The notes under the pieces were generated by a model. It did not search any database. It was not told the DNA's origin and saw only the letters and a list, made by a program, of their open reading frames with translations. A stretch of 64,000 bases of DNA. Origin: an uncultured Candidatus Micrarchaeota archaeon. Lineage in GTDB: Archaea > Micrarchaeota > Micrarchaeia > Anstonellales > Bilamarchaeaceae. How positions within the stretch are numbered: position 1 is the first letter of the stretch; every line of letters starts with the position of its first letter. Below are positions 9,524 through 17,708 of this stretch, piece after piece. The position numbers were made by a program, and so were the translations under genes. The stretch lies in contig CAILMQ010000063.1 of the NCBI GenBank assembly GCA_903835385.1, forward strand, positions 5,234-69,233, written 5' to 3'.

Positions 9524-10207
9524 ATGCCATACCAGGGGAAATTCTCCAGGAATTTTCCATCGCTCAGTGCGAAACAGCAGGCGAAAGTACGAAGCTCGCG
9601 TTTCTGCATCATCGGGCTCGGGGGAACGGGCGGATTCGCGCTGGAATGCCTCTCGCGCCTGGGCGCGGAACATTTCGTTTTTTTCGACCATGACCGGTTC
9701 GGGCTGACGAATTTCAACAGGCAGCTTCTTGCGACGGACAATGCCCTTGGCATGAGAAAAACAGATGCCGCAATCTCCCGCGCCCGCTCCATAAACAAAA
9801 AAATAAAAATAAAAAAATACGGCGCGTTCGGTTCGAAAAGCGCGACATTAATTGCCAGCTGCGACATAGTCCTTGACTGCACGGACAGGTTCGCCACGAA
9901 GCTTCTCATCGCGGAATCGTGCCGCAGGGCCGGAGTTCCGTACGTCTTCTGTTCGGCACAGGGCACCCGCGGCATGGTGAGCGTTTTTGCGGGCTATCCC
10001 TTTGCGAAGGCGTTCCAAACCAATGAAAAAAAACCCACCTCCAAATCCTGCGCCTCCATACTTTGCCCGGCCGCCGCCCTCGCAGGCACGCTCGCCGCAG
10101 TGCAGGCCCTGGACCTGGCAATCGGCAAACCGGCAATCCGCGCCCCGAATGCGCTGTTTTTTGATATCTTCGACAGAAGGTTATTCTGGAAAGCGAGGCT
10201 CGGATAA
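9524..10207 (+). CDS. ThiF/MoeB/HesA-family E1-like adenylyltransferase
   Basis: IIGLGGTGG dinucleotide-binding loop followed by FDHDRFGLTNFNRQ. The true start is probably MPYQGKF at 9524; the upstream part of ORF 9029..10207 overlaps the K-channel gene. Confidence 0.75.
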   Translation: MPYQGKFSRNFPSLSAKQQAKVRSSRFCIIGLGGTGGFALECLSRLGAEHFVFFDHDRFGLTNFNRQLLATDNALGMRKTDAAISRARSINKKIKIKKYGAFGSKSATLIASCDIVLDCTDRFATKLLIAESCRRAGVPYVFCSAQGTRGMVSVFAGYPFAKAFQTNEKKPTSKSCASILCPAAALAGTLAAVQALDLAIGKPAIRAPNALFFDIFDRRLFWKARLG

Positions 10208-10489
10208 ATGGACTTTTACACGGTGGAACCCTGTGCGACGTCGAACGCGTTCGAGGTGAAGTTCAAGAAGGACGCGAGGATAGACATTGAGCGGGCGGAG
10301 AAGGCTCTTGCGAAGCTGGGCCAGGTGCTGGCCAAGACCGCGGTCGTGCTCGTGCTGAAGCGCGAGGACTGCTCTGCCAGCCTTTACGCCTCCGGAAGGA
10401 TAATGCTCAAGGGCGTGACGAGGGAGGAGGCGGAGGCGCTGGGAAAGAAGCTGTCCGCGGCGCTGGAAAAAGGGGGCGCGTTCATATGA
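10208..10489 (+). CDS. Small protein resembling a single TBP-type domain (half-TBP); function unknown
   Basis: The segment SASLYASGRIMLKGVTREEAEALGKKLSAALEKGG aligns by eye with the TBP repeat segment [22 protein letters not shown].KL. The gene abuts the thiF-like stop and overlaps the PHP gene by ATGA. Confidence 0.5.
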   Translation: MDFYTVEPCATSNAFEVKFKKDARIDIERAEKALAKLGQVLAKTAVVLVLKREDCSASLYASGRIMLKGVTREEAEALGKKLSAALEKGGAFI

Positions 10490-11139
10490 TGCGGGTGGAT
10501 TTCCACGTGCATTCAAAATACTCCATAGACACCCTTACCGAGCCGAAGGCTATTGCGGAAAAAGCTGCCAGGCTCGGAATGGTTTTCGCATGCACTGACC
10601 ATGACACAATTGATGGCCATGCGGAGTTCAGGAAACTGAAAGCAAGGTTCATTCCCGGAGAGGAGGTGGGCACCGATGCCGGCGACGTAATCGGGCTCTA
10701 CGTAAGCGAATCCATCCCCAGGAAGACCCCGATAGGGGAAACCATGGACCTCATACACGGGCAGGGCGGCCTGGTGTATTTGCCGCACATGTTCGACAGG
10801 TCCAGGCACGGCACAGGGGGGCATCCCGACGCTGCGAAGGCGGACGTAATAGAGGCATTCAATGCCCACTGCCTCCAGGCAAGCTTCAATGAAAAGGCGA
10901 AGGAGTTCGCGGAAAAAAACAACAAGCCCATGGCGGCAGGCTCGGATTCGCACGCGCTCTGGGAGTTCGGCACCACCTACACCGAGGTCCCTGATTTCGA
11001 CATTGAAAGCCCCAAAGAGCTGCTCAAGGCGCTGGGGAAATCAAGAATCGTGGGAGTGAGGGCGCCGTTCTACGCAAGGGGGCCGGGCTTCGTCACCAAG
11101 TTCTTCAAGAAGCTCGCGCACAGGGCAAAGAAAAAATAA
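10486..11139 (+). CDS. PHP-domain metal-dependent phosphoesterase
   Basis: N-terminal DFHVHSKYS and later TDHD / GSDSH histidine motifs typical of PHP domains. Confidence 0.8.
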   Translation: MMRVDFHVHSKYSIDTLTEPKAIAEKAARLGMVFACTDHDTIDGHAEFRKLKARFIPGEEVGTDAGDVIGLYVSESIPRKTPIGETMDLIHGQGGLVYLPHMFDRSRHGTGGHPDAAKADVIEAFNAHCLQASFNEKAKEFAEKNNKPMAAGSDSHALWEFGTTYTEVPDFDIESPKELLKALGKSRIVGVRAPFYARGPGFVTKFFKKLAHRAKKK

Positions 11140-11189
11140 AAGTTCGGGCCCGAAGGGATTTTCGCACCGATGAATGGTTTTTGAACCCT

Positions 11190-11410
11190 TATCTCGGGGT
11201 AGCTCCTGCAATCAGGAGAGTGCATCCGAAGCCCCGCCGGTTATCCAGGTTGCCGCACGGGCCCGTTCTGTACATTCTTCCTGTGTTCCCATTATTATGT
11301 TTTTCGTTGTCTTCTTTCTGTGTCCCTCATGTTCGACGCATCGAACATGGGGCTCCGCATCCGACGCTTCGGATGCGAAGTCTAAGAATCGCTCGTCTCC
11401 TGTTTTTTAA
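11190..11410 (+). ncRNA. Candidate structured non-coding RNA (family unknown)
   Basis: Nested hairpin CGGGG..CTCCTG-CAAT-CAGGAG..CCCCG. A pyrimidine-rich tract follows. Then come two consecutive perfect 9-bp hairpins (CATGTTCGA-CGCA-TCGAACATG and CGCATCCGA-CGCT-TCGGATGCG), followed by a T6 run at about 11403-11408. There is no convincing ORF. Confidence 0.2.
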
Positions 11411-11527
11411 ATGCTCGCGAAGTCCCCCGGTATCCGGCTCGCGTCTTCAATCTGACTCGCGCTCCGTAGGTCCATGCGCTTTTCGTTGCCGTTAGCCAGA
11501 AATAGTTATCTGAAAATAAGGGAATCG

Positions 11528-11540
11528 AAAAAAATAAATT
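11528..11540 (-). terminator. Oligo-T terminator candidate for gene 11551..12207
   Basis: An A7 run on the + strand (T7 on the - strand) lies 17 nt past the stop codon. Confidence 0.4.
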
Positions 11541-11550
11541 CTCGCTGCGT

Positions 11551-12207
11551 TCAGCGGCTTCTCAGGAACCTGCCCTTGGAAGCCTTGAACCCGGCATATT
11601 TCCTGGCCGGTGACGCGCTCCTTCTCCTTGCAGCGCTCCTGAAGCCTCGGTACCTTCTTTTCACCGCCTGCCTGTTGGTCAGCCTGCAGTATTCCTCCCA
11701 TTCGGACGGCATGCCGGTTATGGGCTCGCCCTTGTTGCCCTTGTCAACCATCCACTTCACGAAGCGTTCCAGGTCGTCCACGTCGACATTGCTCTTGCGC
11801 CTTGCATAGAACCTGGCGGCGCTGCGCAGCGTGACGCCCGCATCCGCCGCCTTGAGGTTGCATACGGCGGCAATGGAGGCCATGGCGCCCAGGCCAAGGC
11901 TGTTCCTCTCGCGGATGCTCGCGAACACGACCGTGTCCACGGGCCTCTCGGCGAGGTTCTTGAGCACGTCCACGGTGTGGAGGGTGTCCCTTATGCGGGT
12001 GTTGTCATAGCCGAGCATCCTCAGGGACTGGTGCGTCCTGGCAGAGCATGCGATGTGCTCCCCGCCTTCGGTCAGGGTGGAGAACTCGAGGTTCCTGTCC
12101 TGCAGCTCGTGGCTCTCTCGCTTGAATTCGGGCCTTTGCGCGGGTTTTTCGCTTTCTTTCTCAAACTCCAGACTCCTGGTCCGGAAGATTCTGTTGGGGC
12201 TGGTCAT
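11551..12207 (-). CDS. Hypothetical protein with basic C-terminal tail
   Basis: 218-aa ORF with an ATG start and ordinary composition. No diagnostic motif recognised. Confidence 0.5.
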   Translation of the reverse strand: MTSPNRIFRTRSLEFEKESEKPAQRPEFKRESHELQDRNLEFSTLTEGGEHIACSARTHQSLRMLGYDNTRIRDTLHTVDVLKNLAERPVDTVVFASIRERNSLGLGAMASIAAVCNLKAADAGVTLRSAARFYARRKSNVDVDDLERFVKWMVDKGNKGEPITGMPSEWEEYCRLTNRQAVKRRYRGFRSAARRRSASPARKYAGFKASKGRFLRSR

Positions 12208-12280
12208 GAAGTGATTCCGAGGAAAAACTTAAAAAGGGTTTCTCTGGCCTCCGCCGGCAACCTTCCGCGTTTCCGCCACC

Positions 12281-13186
12281 TCATTTCGTGAGGACTTCCA
12301 CGCCGTCAGCGCTTATGTAAATTGTGTGCTCGGACTGGGCCACCATGCCGCCGTCGGATTCGCGCAGCACCGGGTACGCCCTTATGAAGTGGTTCTTGAG
12401 CAGCTCCTTGAGCCCCATGCTCACCATGACCTTGGACTGGAATTCCTTCATCACCCAGCGCTCCGCAAACGGCAGCATGCCGAAGTTGGTGAGCGCGTAC
12501 TCCACTATTTTCCTTGACTGCTGCATCCTTATCTTCGCAGGCGCGAAAAGCGAGTATATCTCCACCTGGTTGAGGTCCGCCACGTAGCCGCCTCCCGTGG
12601 TCGCGAATGGCTCCACCGCGAACACGTCGCCCTCCATGAGCTCGAACGGGTCGTCGGTCTTGACGTTCGGTATTTCCACGCCCGCGTGCAGGTCGTTTGA
12701 TTTTATCATGTGCCCCGTGAGGTTCGCTATGGGCCTGTAGCCGTGCTTCTTTATGGCCTCCTCTATCACGCCGCCGATGCTGCCCACGGCCACGCCCGGC
12801 TTCATCATTTTCAGCGCCTCCTCGAGCGCCTCCTCCGAGGCCTTCACGAGGTTGCCGTTCTCCCCTCCAAGGTCTATGGTGTAGGCCGTGTCGCCGATGG
12901 CGCCCTCGAACTCCACGCCAATGTCTATCTTCACCAGGTCCTTCTCGCCGAGCATCTCAATGGAACCGGCACCCGGCGTGTAGTGTGCCGCGATTTCGTT
13001 TATGGAGATGTTCACCGGGAACGCGGGCTTCGCTCCCTCCTCGGCTATCATCTGTTCCGTTGTTTCGGCGATGTCCAGCAGCGAGGCGTCCACCATGATG
13101 AGGGATTTGCTGTCCTCGCGCACCTTGGATGCGATTCTGCCCGCCTGCCTGAAATTCTCCAGTTCTTTCTCGTCCATGGATACCAT
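12281..13186 (-). CDS. map: Methionine aminopeptidase, type 2 (archaeal)
   Basis: Pita-bread fold signatures (AFPVNISINE.AAHYTP, DIGVEFEG..GDTAYT, LTGHMI, FAVEPFATTG) and an archaeal-type length of 301 aa. Confidence 0.9.
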   Translation of the reverse strand: MVSMDEKELENFRQAGRIASKVREDSKSLIMVDASLLDIAETTEQMIAEEGAKPAFPVNISINEIAAHYTPGAGSIEMLGEKDLVKIDIGVEFEGAIGDTAYTIDLGGENGNLVKASEEALEEALKMMKPGVAVGSIGGVIEEAIKKHGYRPIANLTGHMIKSNDLHAGVEIPNVKTDDPFELMEGDVFAVEPFATTGGGYVADLNQVEIYSLFAPAKIRMQQSRKIVEYALTNFGMLPFAERWVMKEFQSKVMVSMGLKELLKNHFIRAYPVLRESDGGMVAQSEHTIYISADGVEVLTK

Positions 13187-13255
13187 TTGCCAGCGTACTT
13201 TTTAAAAAACAGCCGTGTGGTATATATTTAAAAAGAGTGGCTGTATAATATATAC

Positions 13256-13562
13256 ATGCACGTCCACATGGAGCGACTCAAGCCCGTAACGATGCAATGC
13301 GGCACGCTTAGGCCCAGAACGACCCCAAAGCTGCCCGCCCTCGAGGACATAGTGCCTCTGGTGGACATAATAGGCATACAAAAGAGGCATGACGAAAGGA
13401 GGCAGCCCGCCATCCGCCCCCAGCTCGACATACGCGATAGCGGCGAGTGCGACGGCCGGCTCCCGGAACAGGAGCGCCGGCAGCCTTCTGTCGAAGAGCC
13501 CAAACGCGGCGTGTGCATCATGTCCATGTGATTGCGCGGTCCCAGCCCCTATTTATCCTTTT
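13256..13562 (+). ncRNA. Candidate structured RNA in the map/helicase divergent gap (SRP-RNA-like; speculative)
   Basis: A roughly 400-nt gap without a convincing CDS. TATA-like AT blocks lie at 13221-13255. CACATGGA (13265-72) is complementary to TCCATGTG (13523-30). There is a 7-bp stem TGCCTCT/AGAGGCA. A GC-rich irregular hairpin CGAC-GGCCGGCUCC-C-GGAA-CA-GGAGCGCCGGCAGCC..GUCG has an apical GGAA. A T5 run sits at 13559-63. Confidence 0.3.
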
Positions 13563-13591
13563 TCGCTCCATTCTAGCCATTACTGATATTT

Positions 13592-16171
13592 ATGACAGAC
13601 GTAGCCGGCCTGGTAAAGGAAAGGTTCGGCGAGCTCACCGAAATCCAGAAACTCGCCATGCCCAGGGTCCTTGCCGGAGAGAACGTGCTAATCCTTGCCC
13701 CCACTGGCAGCGGAAAGACCGAGACCGCCCTGCTCCCGGTGCTGGAGAAGATAAGAACAGGGCAGGACAGAGGACACGGAACACTGGACACCGGAATCTG
13801 CGCGCTTTACATCACTCCGCTCCGCGCCCTGTCCCGCGATTTGCTCAAAAGGTTCCACTGGTGGTGCGAGCGGCTGGACATATCGCACGACGTGCGCACC
13901 GGGGATACGACACTCGCCGAAAGGGCCGCCCACAGGAAGAACCCGCCCAAAATCCTGCTCACCACGGTGGAATCCCTCCAGGCACTGCTTCTGGGCAGGG
14001 TTATGCGGAAACATCTCGCGAACGTGAAGTTCGTCATAGTGGACGAGGTGCACGACGTCCTGGACAACAAGCGCGGCGCCCAGCTCTCCATGGGCTTGGA
14101 GCGGCTCGGGCTCATAGCGGATTTCCAGCGCATAGGAATAAGCGCCACTGTGGCCAACGAGATGGAGGCCAGCCGCCTGCTGTTCGGGGACAGGATGCAT
14201 GCGGTCTGCGAAATGGGCAAGAACCGCAGGATGGACGTCTCGGTGGAGATGGCCGGAGACACGGAAAAACTCACTGCCAGGATGAAGGAGCTGGCGCAAA
14301 TGCACAGGGCTCTCATGTTCGTGAACACCAGGAGCATGGCCGAGGAGCTTTCCGCATCCCTGAGAAAAGCGGAGGCCCCCATAGACGTGCACCACGGCTC
14401 GCTTGCAAAGGAAATCAGGCTCGCGGCAGAGGACGGGTTCAAGTCAGGCTCGGTCCGCTCCCTGCTCGCCACGTCTTCCCTGGAACTCGGCATAGACATA
14501 GGCGACGTGGAGCTGGTGGTGCAGGTGGGCTCGCCGCACCAGGTGTTCAGGCTCATACAGCGCGTGGGCAGGTCGGGCCATTCGCTGGACAAGACTCCCA
14601 GGGGCATAGTGCTCGCCTCTGACACGGACGATTACCTGGAGGCGGAGGTCATCCGCTCCCTTGCGGAGAACGGCTGGATGGAGGACAAGAAGGCGGAGCG
14701 GGGCGCGTTGGACGTAATCGGCCACCAGCTCGTGGGGCTGTGCCTTGACCTGGGCAGGCTGGAGCTGAAAAAGGCGCACGAAATCCTTTCCAGGAGCTAT
14801 GCCTACGGGATATCCTACGACCAGCTGCGCCGCGTCGCGCTCCAGCTCTACGGGGAGAGCCTGGTCTATTACGACGAGCATCCTGACGGCGGGGTGGCCA
14901 TAAGAATCCGGCCCAGGGCGCGCGAGTACTACTATTCCAACCTCAGCACAATTCCCAAGGAGAAGCGCTACAGCCTCCGGGAGATAGCCTCCAACAGCAT
15001 AATCGCCTCCCTGGACGAGGGCTTCGTGGCGAACCTGGAGCCGGGCGCGTCCTTCCTCGCCAGGGGCAGGCCATGGCAGGTCGTAGACATAAGCGACAAG
15101 GAGGTCCTCGCCCAGCCCAGTTTTGCCTCTGACATAGCCATACCGGAATGGACAGGGGAGGACATCCCGGTTTCGTTCGAAGTGGCGCAGGGCGTCGGCA
15201 GCCTCAGGAATTCCGTGAAAAAAGACATCAGACCGCTGCCCGACGAGCGGACCGTGGTCGTGGAGATAATATCCGACGTGGTGATTGTGCATGCCTGCTT
15301 CGGCACCAGGGTGAACGAGGGCCTTGCGCGGCTGTTCTCCGCGAACCTCTCAAGGATAATCGGCGAATCCGTGCGCGCGGTCGCCGACCCCTACAGGATA
15401 ATGGTGAAGCTCCCCTTCCCGCTCGCTGAGGAGCACATCATGGGCGCCTGGGATTCCATAAACTCCGTCCGCGGCCCGCTGGAGGAGGCGCTTTCCGGGT
15501 CCTATTTGCTCAGGATGAAGTTCATCCACGTGGGCAGGCTGTTCGGCATGCTTTCAGAGGATGCGAGCGTCACCGGAAGGTTCATAACCGCTTTGCGCCA
15601 CTCCGCGGTGTACGAGGAGGCGGTGCGCTCGGTGTTCTCAAGATACTTCGACGTAGGGAAAACCGAAGATGTGCTCCGGCGGATGCGCAAAAAGGAAATC
15701 GCGCTCGTAGTTGACAAGAGGAGCAAGCCCAGCTATTTCGCAAAGCTCGGCCTGGACCGGCTCTCCAGCAAAGAGGCAATGGGCGGCTTCGAGCCCCGCG
15801 AGCAGATGGTCGCGGCTTTCAGGGAGCGGGCGCTTTCCAAGACCCTGCAGCTGAGATGCATGAGCTGCGGCGCCACGCGCTATCTTCATTTGGCAGGCGC
15901 GCCTGAGCAGCTCCCCTGCCACAAGTGCGGGGAAAAGGCCTACGCGCTGATAGAAAGGGAGGGCGAGGCAGAGGCCGAGCTGAGGTTCAAGGCGGGCCTG
16001 GTAAGGGCGTACGGGAAGAAGGCGCTCATCGCGCTCAGCACCTACGGCATAGGGGCCACGACCGCGGACCGCGTGCTCAGGAAGCTGCACCGCGACGAGC
16101 AGGGCTTTTACCTTGACCTGATAGAGGCGCAGAAGAACTTCATAAAGAACAAGCGGTTCTGGAAGCCCTGA
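13592..16171 (+). CDS. Lhr-family ATP-dependent DEAD/DEAH-box helicase
   Basis: Walker A APTGSGKTE, DEVH box (VIVDEVHD), SAT-like ISATV, helicase C motifs (HHGSL, LATSSLELGIDIG, QRVGRSGH). Long C-terminal extension with a CxxC...CxxC zinc ribbon. 859 aa. Confidence 0.85.
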   Translation: MTDVAGLVKERFGELTEIQKLAMPRVLAGENVLILAPTGSGKTETALLPVLEKIRTGQDRGHGTLDTGICALYITPLRALSRDLLKRFHWWCERLDISHDVRTGDTTLAERAAHRKNPPKILLTTVESLQALLLGRVMRKHLANVKFVIVDEVHDVLDNKRGAQLSMGLERLGLIADFQRIGISATVANEMEASRLLFGDRMHAVCEMGKNRRMDVSVEMAGDTEKLTARMKELAQMHRALMFVNTRSMAEELSASLRKAEAPIDVHHGSLAKEIRLAAEDGFKSGSVRSLLATSSLELGIDIGDVELVVQVGSPHQVFRLIQRVGRSGHSLDKTPRGIVLASDTDDYLEAEVIRSLAENGWMEDKKAERGALDVIGHQLVGLCLDLGRLELKKAHEILSRSYAYGISYDQLRRVALQLYGESLVYYDEHPDGGVAIRIRPRAREYYYSNLSTIPKEKRYSLREIASNSIIASLDEGFVANLEPGASFLARGRPWQVVDISDKEVLAQPSFASDIAIPEWTGEDIPVSFEVAQGVGSLRNSVKKDIRPLPDERTVVVEIISDVVIVHACFGTRVNEGLARLFSANLSRIIGESVRAVADPYRIMVKLPFPLAEEHIMGAWDSINSVRGPLEEALSGSYLLRMKFIHVGRLFGMLSEDASVTGRFITALRHSAVYEEAVRSVFSRYFDVGKTEDVLRRMRKKEIALVVDKRSKPSYFAKLGLDRLSSKEAMGGFEPREQMVAAFRERALSKTLQLRCMSCGATRYLHLAGAPEQLPCHKCGEKAYALIEREGEAEAELRFKAGLVRAYGKKALIALSTYGIGATTADRVLRKLHRDEQGFYLDLIEAQKNFIKNKRFWKP

Positions 16172-16199
16172 CACGCATTGCAAGCCGCGACTCCGGGCC

Positions 16200-16206
16200 T
16201 TTTTTT
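16200..16206 (+). terminator. T7 tract just after the helicase stop
   Basis: CCGGGCC followed by TTTTTTT, 29 nt after the stop at 16171. A second T6 lies at about 16231. Confidence 0.4.
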
Positions 16207-16264
16207 GCCGCCAGCAGCAGCTTTTTTAAACTCATACCAACACAGTTATTTTAGGTGTAATTCA

Positions 16265-16675
16265 ATGCACGCCAAAAGAACTGTTCACGGAGCCGGAGCC
16301 AACGAACAAGCGGGCGGGAAGCCCCATGGTTATCCGAGGCCCGGGCAGATTGAGGCTCCGGCAGGTTCGCGGACTTTGGAGGGCGCCAGGAGAAAGGTCA
16401 CCGAAGTCAAGGCGCGGATGGGCGTGGATGGCTTCAAAAGAGACCTTGGGATGGGCAGGAGTGAAGTGCGCGCCTTCTTTGCCCGGTTTAGTGAAATATT
16501 TCCAGACATTGAAACACTCCTATCCAGCACGGTAGCGGCTGATAGAAAGTTAGCAAAAGGCGCGCTCGCGGAGTTCCAAGCGGCGTGCGAAACGGTAAAG
16601 ATATACCCGCACCTGCTCGCTGTTTCCGAAGCCCCGGCTGCCCGAGCCAGCGAGCTACTAGCCAGGGCGCAATAG
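16265..16675 (+). CDS. Hypothetical protein
   Basis: ORF with its first ATG at 16265 (MHAKRT...); the track start at 16178 is further upstream. No motif recognised, so coding status is uncertain. Confidence 0.3.
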   Translation: MHAKRTVHGAGANEQAGGKPHGYPRPGQIEAPAGSRTLEGARRKVTEVKARMGVDGFKRDLGMGRSEVRAFFARFSEIFPDIETLLSSTVAADRKLAKGALAEFQAACETVKIYPHLLAVSEAPAARASELLARAQ

Positions 16676-16722
16676 CGTTCCGTCCGCGCATTCTTTTAAC
16701 TTTTCTTTGCCATTCTTCCTAC

Positions 16723-17073
16723 ATGTACAAGCAGGCAATAATCGTACGCGCGGATTTGGGCATGGGGAAAGGGAAGCTTGCGGCTCAAAGCTCGCACGCC
16801 TCGCTCAGCGCATACAAGAAGGTCCTCAAGGCTGACCCCGACGTCGCGCGCGCATGGGAAATGGAGGGCCAGAAGAAAATCGTGCTCAAGGTCCAGAGCG
16901 AAGAGGAGCTTCTGGACTGCTTCCAGAAGGCGAAGGCCGCGGGCATACCCTGCGAGCTCATCCGCGACGCGGGCCACACCCAGGTGGAGCCCGGCACCAT
17001 CACCTGTTTGGGCGCAGGCCCGTGGAACGAGGGCGAACTGGATGCCATTTTCGGGAAGCTGAAGCTGCTGTGA
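16723..17073 (+). CDS. pth2: Peptidyl-tRNA hydrolase, archaeal type (Pth2)
   Basis: MYKQAIIVRADLGMGKGKLAAQSSHASL... and the C-terminal GPWNEGELDAIFGKLKLL are typical of Pth2 (116 aa). The upstream part of ORF 16585.. is not Pth2-like. Confidence 0.85.
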   Translation: MYKQAIIVRADLGMGKGKLAAQSSHASLSAYKKVLKADPDVARAWEMEGQKKIVLKVQSEEELLDCFQKAKAAGIPCELIRDAGHTQVEPGTITCLGAGPWNEGELDAIFGKLKLL

Positions 17074-17077
17074 TGCA

Positions 17078-17656
17078 ATGAAATTCTTCCTTTTCCACTG
17101 CTGGGGCGGAGACGGGAAAAGCTGCTGGAGCGGATGGCTCAAGGAACAATCGCGTGTCCAGTGTCCTGTGTCGAGTGTCCTGAACCCGGATTTTCCGGAA
17201 ACAAACAGCCCGAAACTGGAAAAATGGCTCGCCAAAACGCGCTCGCTCGTCCCGCGCTTCGACTCTTCCGACAATTGGGTTCTCGTTGGACACAGCCTGG
17301 GCTGCCCCACAATCCTGCGATTGCTCGAAACCTTTGACGAACGCGAGCGGGCCGCGTGCATTATTCTGGTTGCCGGTTTTGCAAAGGACCTGGGAATACC
17401 GGAAATCCGCAATTTCGTGGACAGGGATTTCGACTGGGAGAAGATAAAGAAAAAAGCCGGCAAAATCATCATCATAAACTCGGACAACGACCCCTATATA
17501 GAGCTTGCCGAGGCAAAAAGGATGCAGAAGCTTCTTGGTGCGGAACTAATCGTGGAACACGGAGCAGGGCATATAAACGAGGGCGCGGGATTCACGGAAT
17601 ATCCGCATCTGCTTGAAATCATACGCGCACTGGCTGGAGAAAAAAAGGCAAAATAA
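17078..17656 (+). CDS. Alpha/beta serine hydrolase (YdeN/RBBP9-like)
   Basis: Nucleophile elbow VGHSLGC, later SDNDPY and GAGH catalytic-triad-like motifs. About 190 aa. Confidence 0.7.
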   Translation: MKFFLFHCWGGDGKSCWSGWLKEQSRVQCPVSSVLNPDFPETNSPKLEKWLAKTRSLVPRFDSSDNWVLVGHSLGCPTILRLLETFDERERAACIILVAGFAKDLGIPEIRNFVDRDFDWEKIKKKAGKIIIINSDNDPYIELAEAKRMQKLLGAELIVEHGAGHINEGAGFTEYPHLLEIIRALAGEKKAK

Positions 17657-17708
17657 GAAGGGAAAATAAAAAATAAAATGAAAAATTAAAATAAAATAAA
17701 AAAGAAAT

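Noticed and set aside
13256-13531. A 91-aa plus-strand ORF and a 99-aa minus-strand ORF in the map/helicase gap
   Set aside because: Neither has a recognisable motif or a ribosome-binding site. The region has strong secondary-structure potential, so I treat it as a candidate RNA, but the 91-aa ORF is not formally excluded.
16178-16264. The upstream extension of ORF 16178..16675
   Set aside because: It overlaps the oligo-T terminator tracts that follow the helicase gene. The first ATG is at 16265, and even the shorter ORF is only weakly supported.
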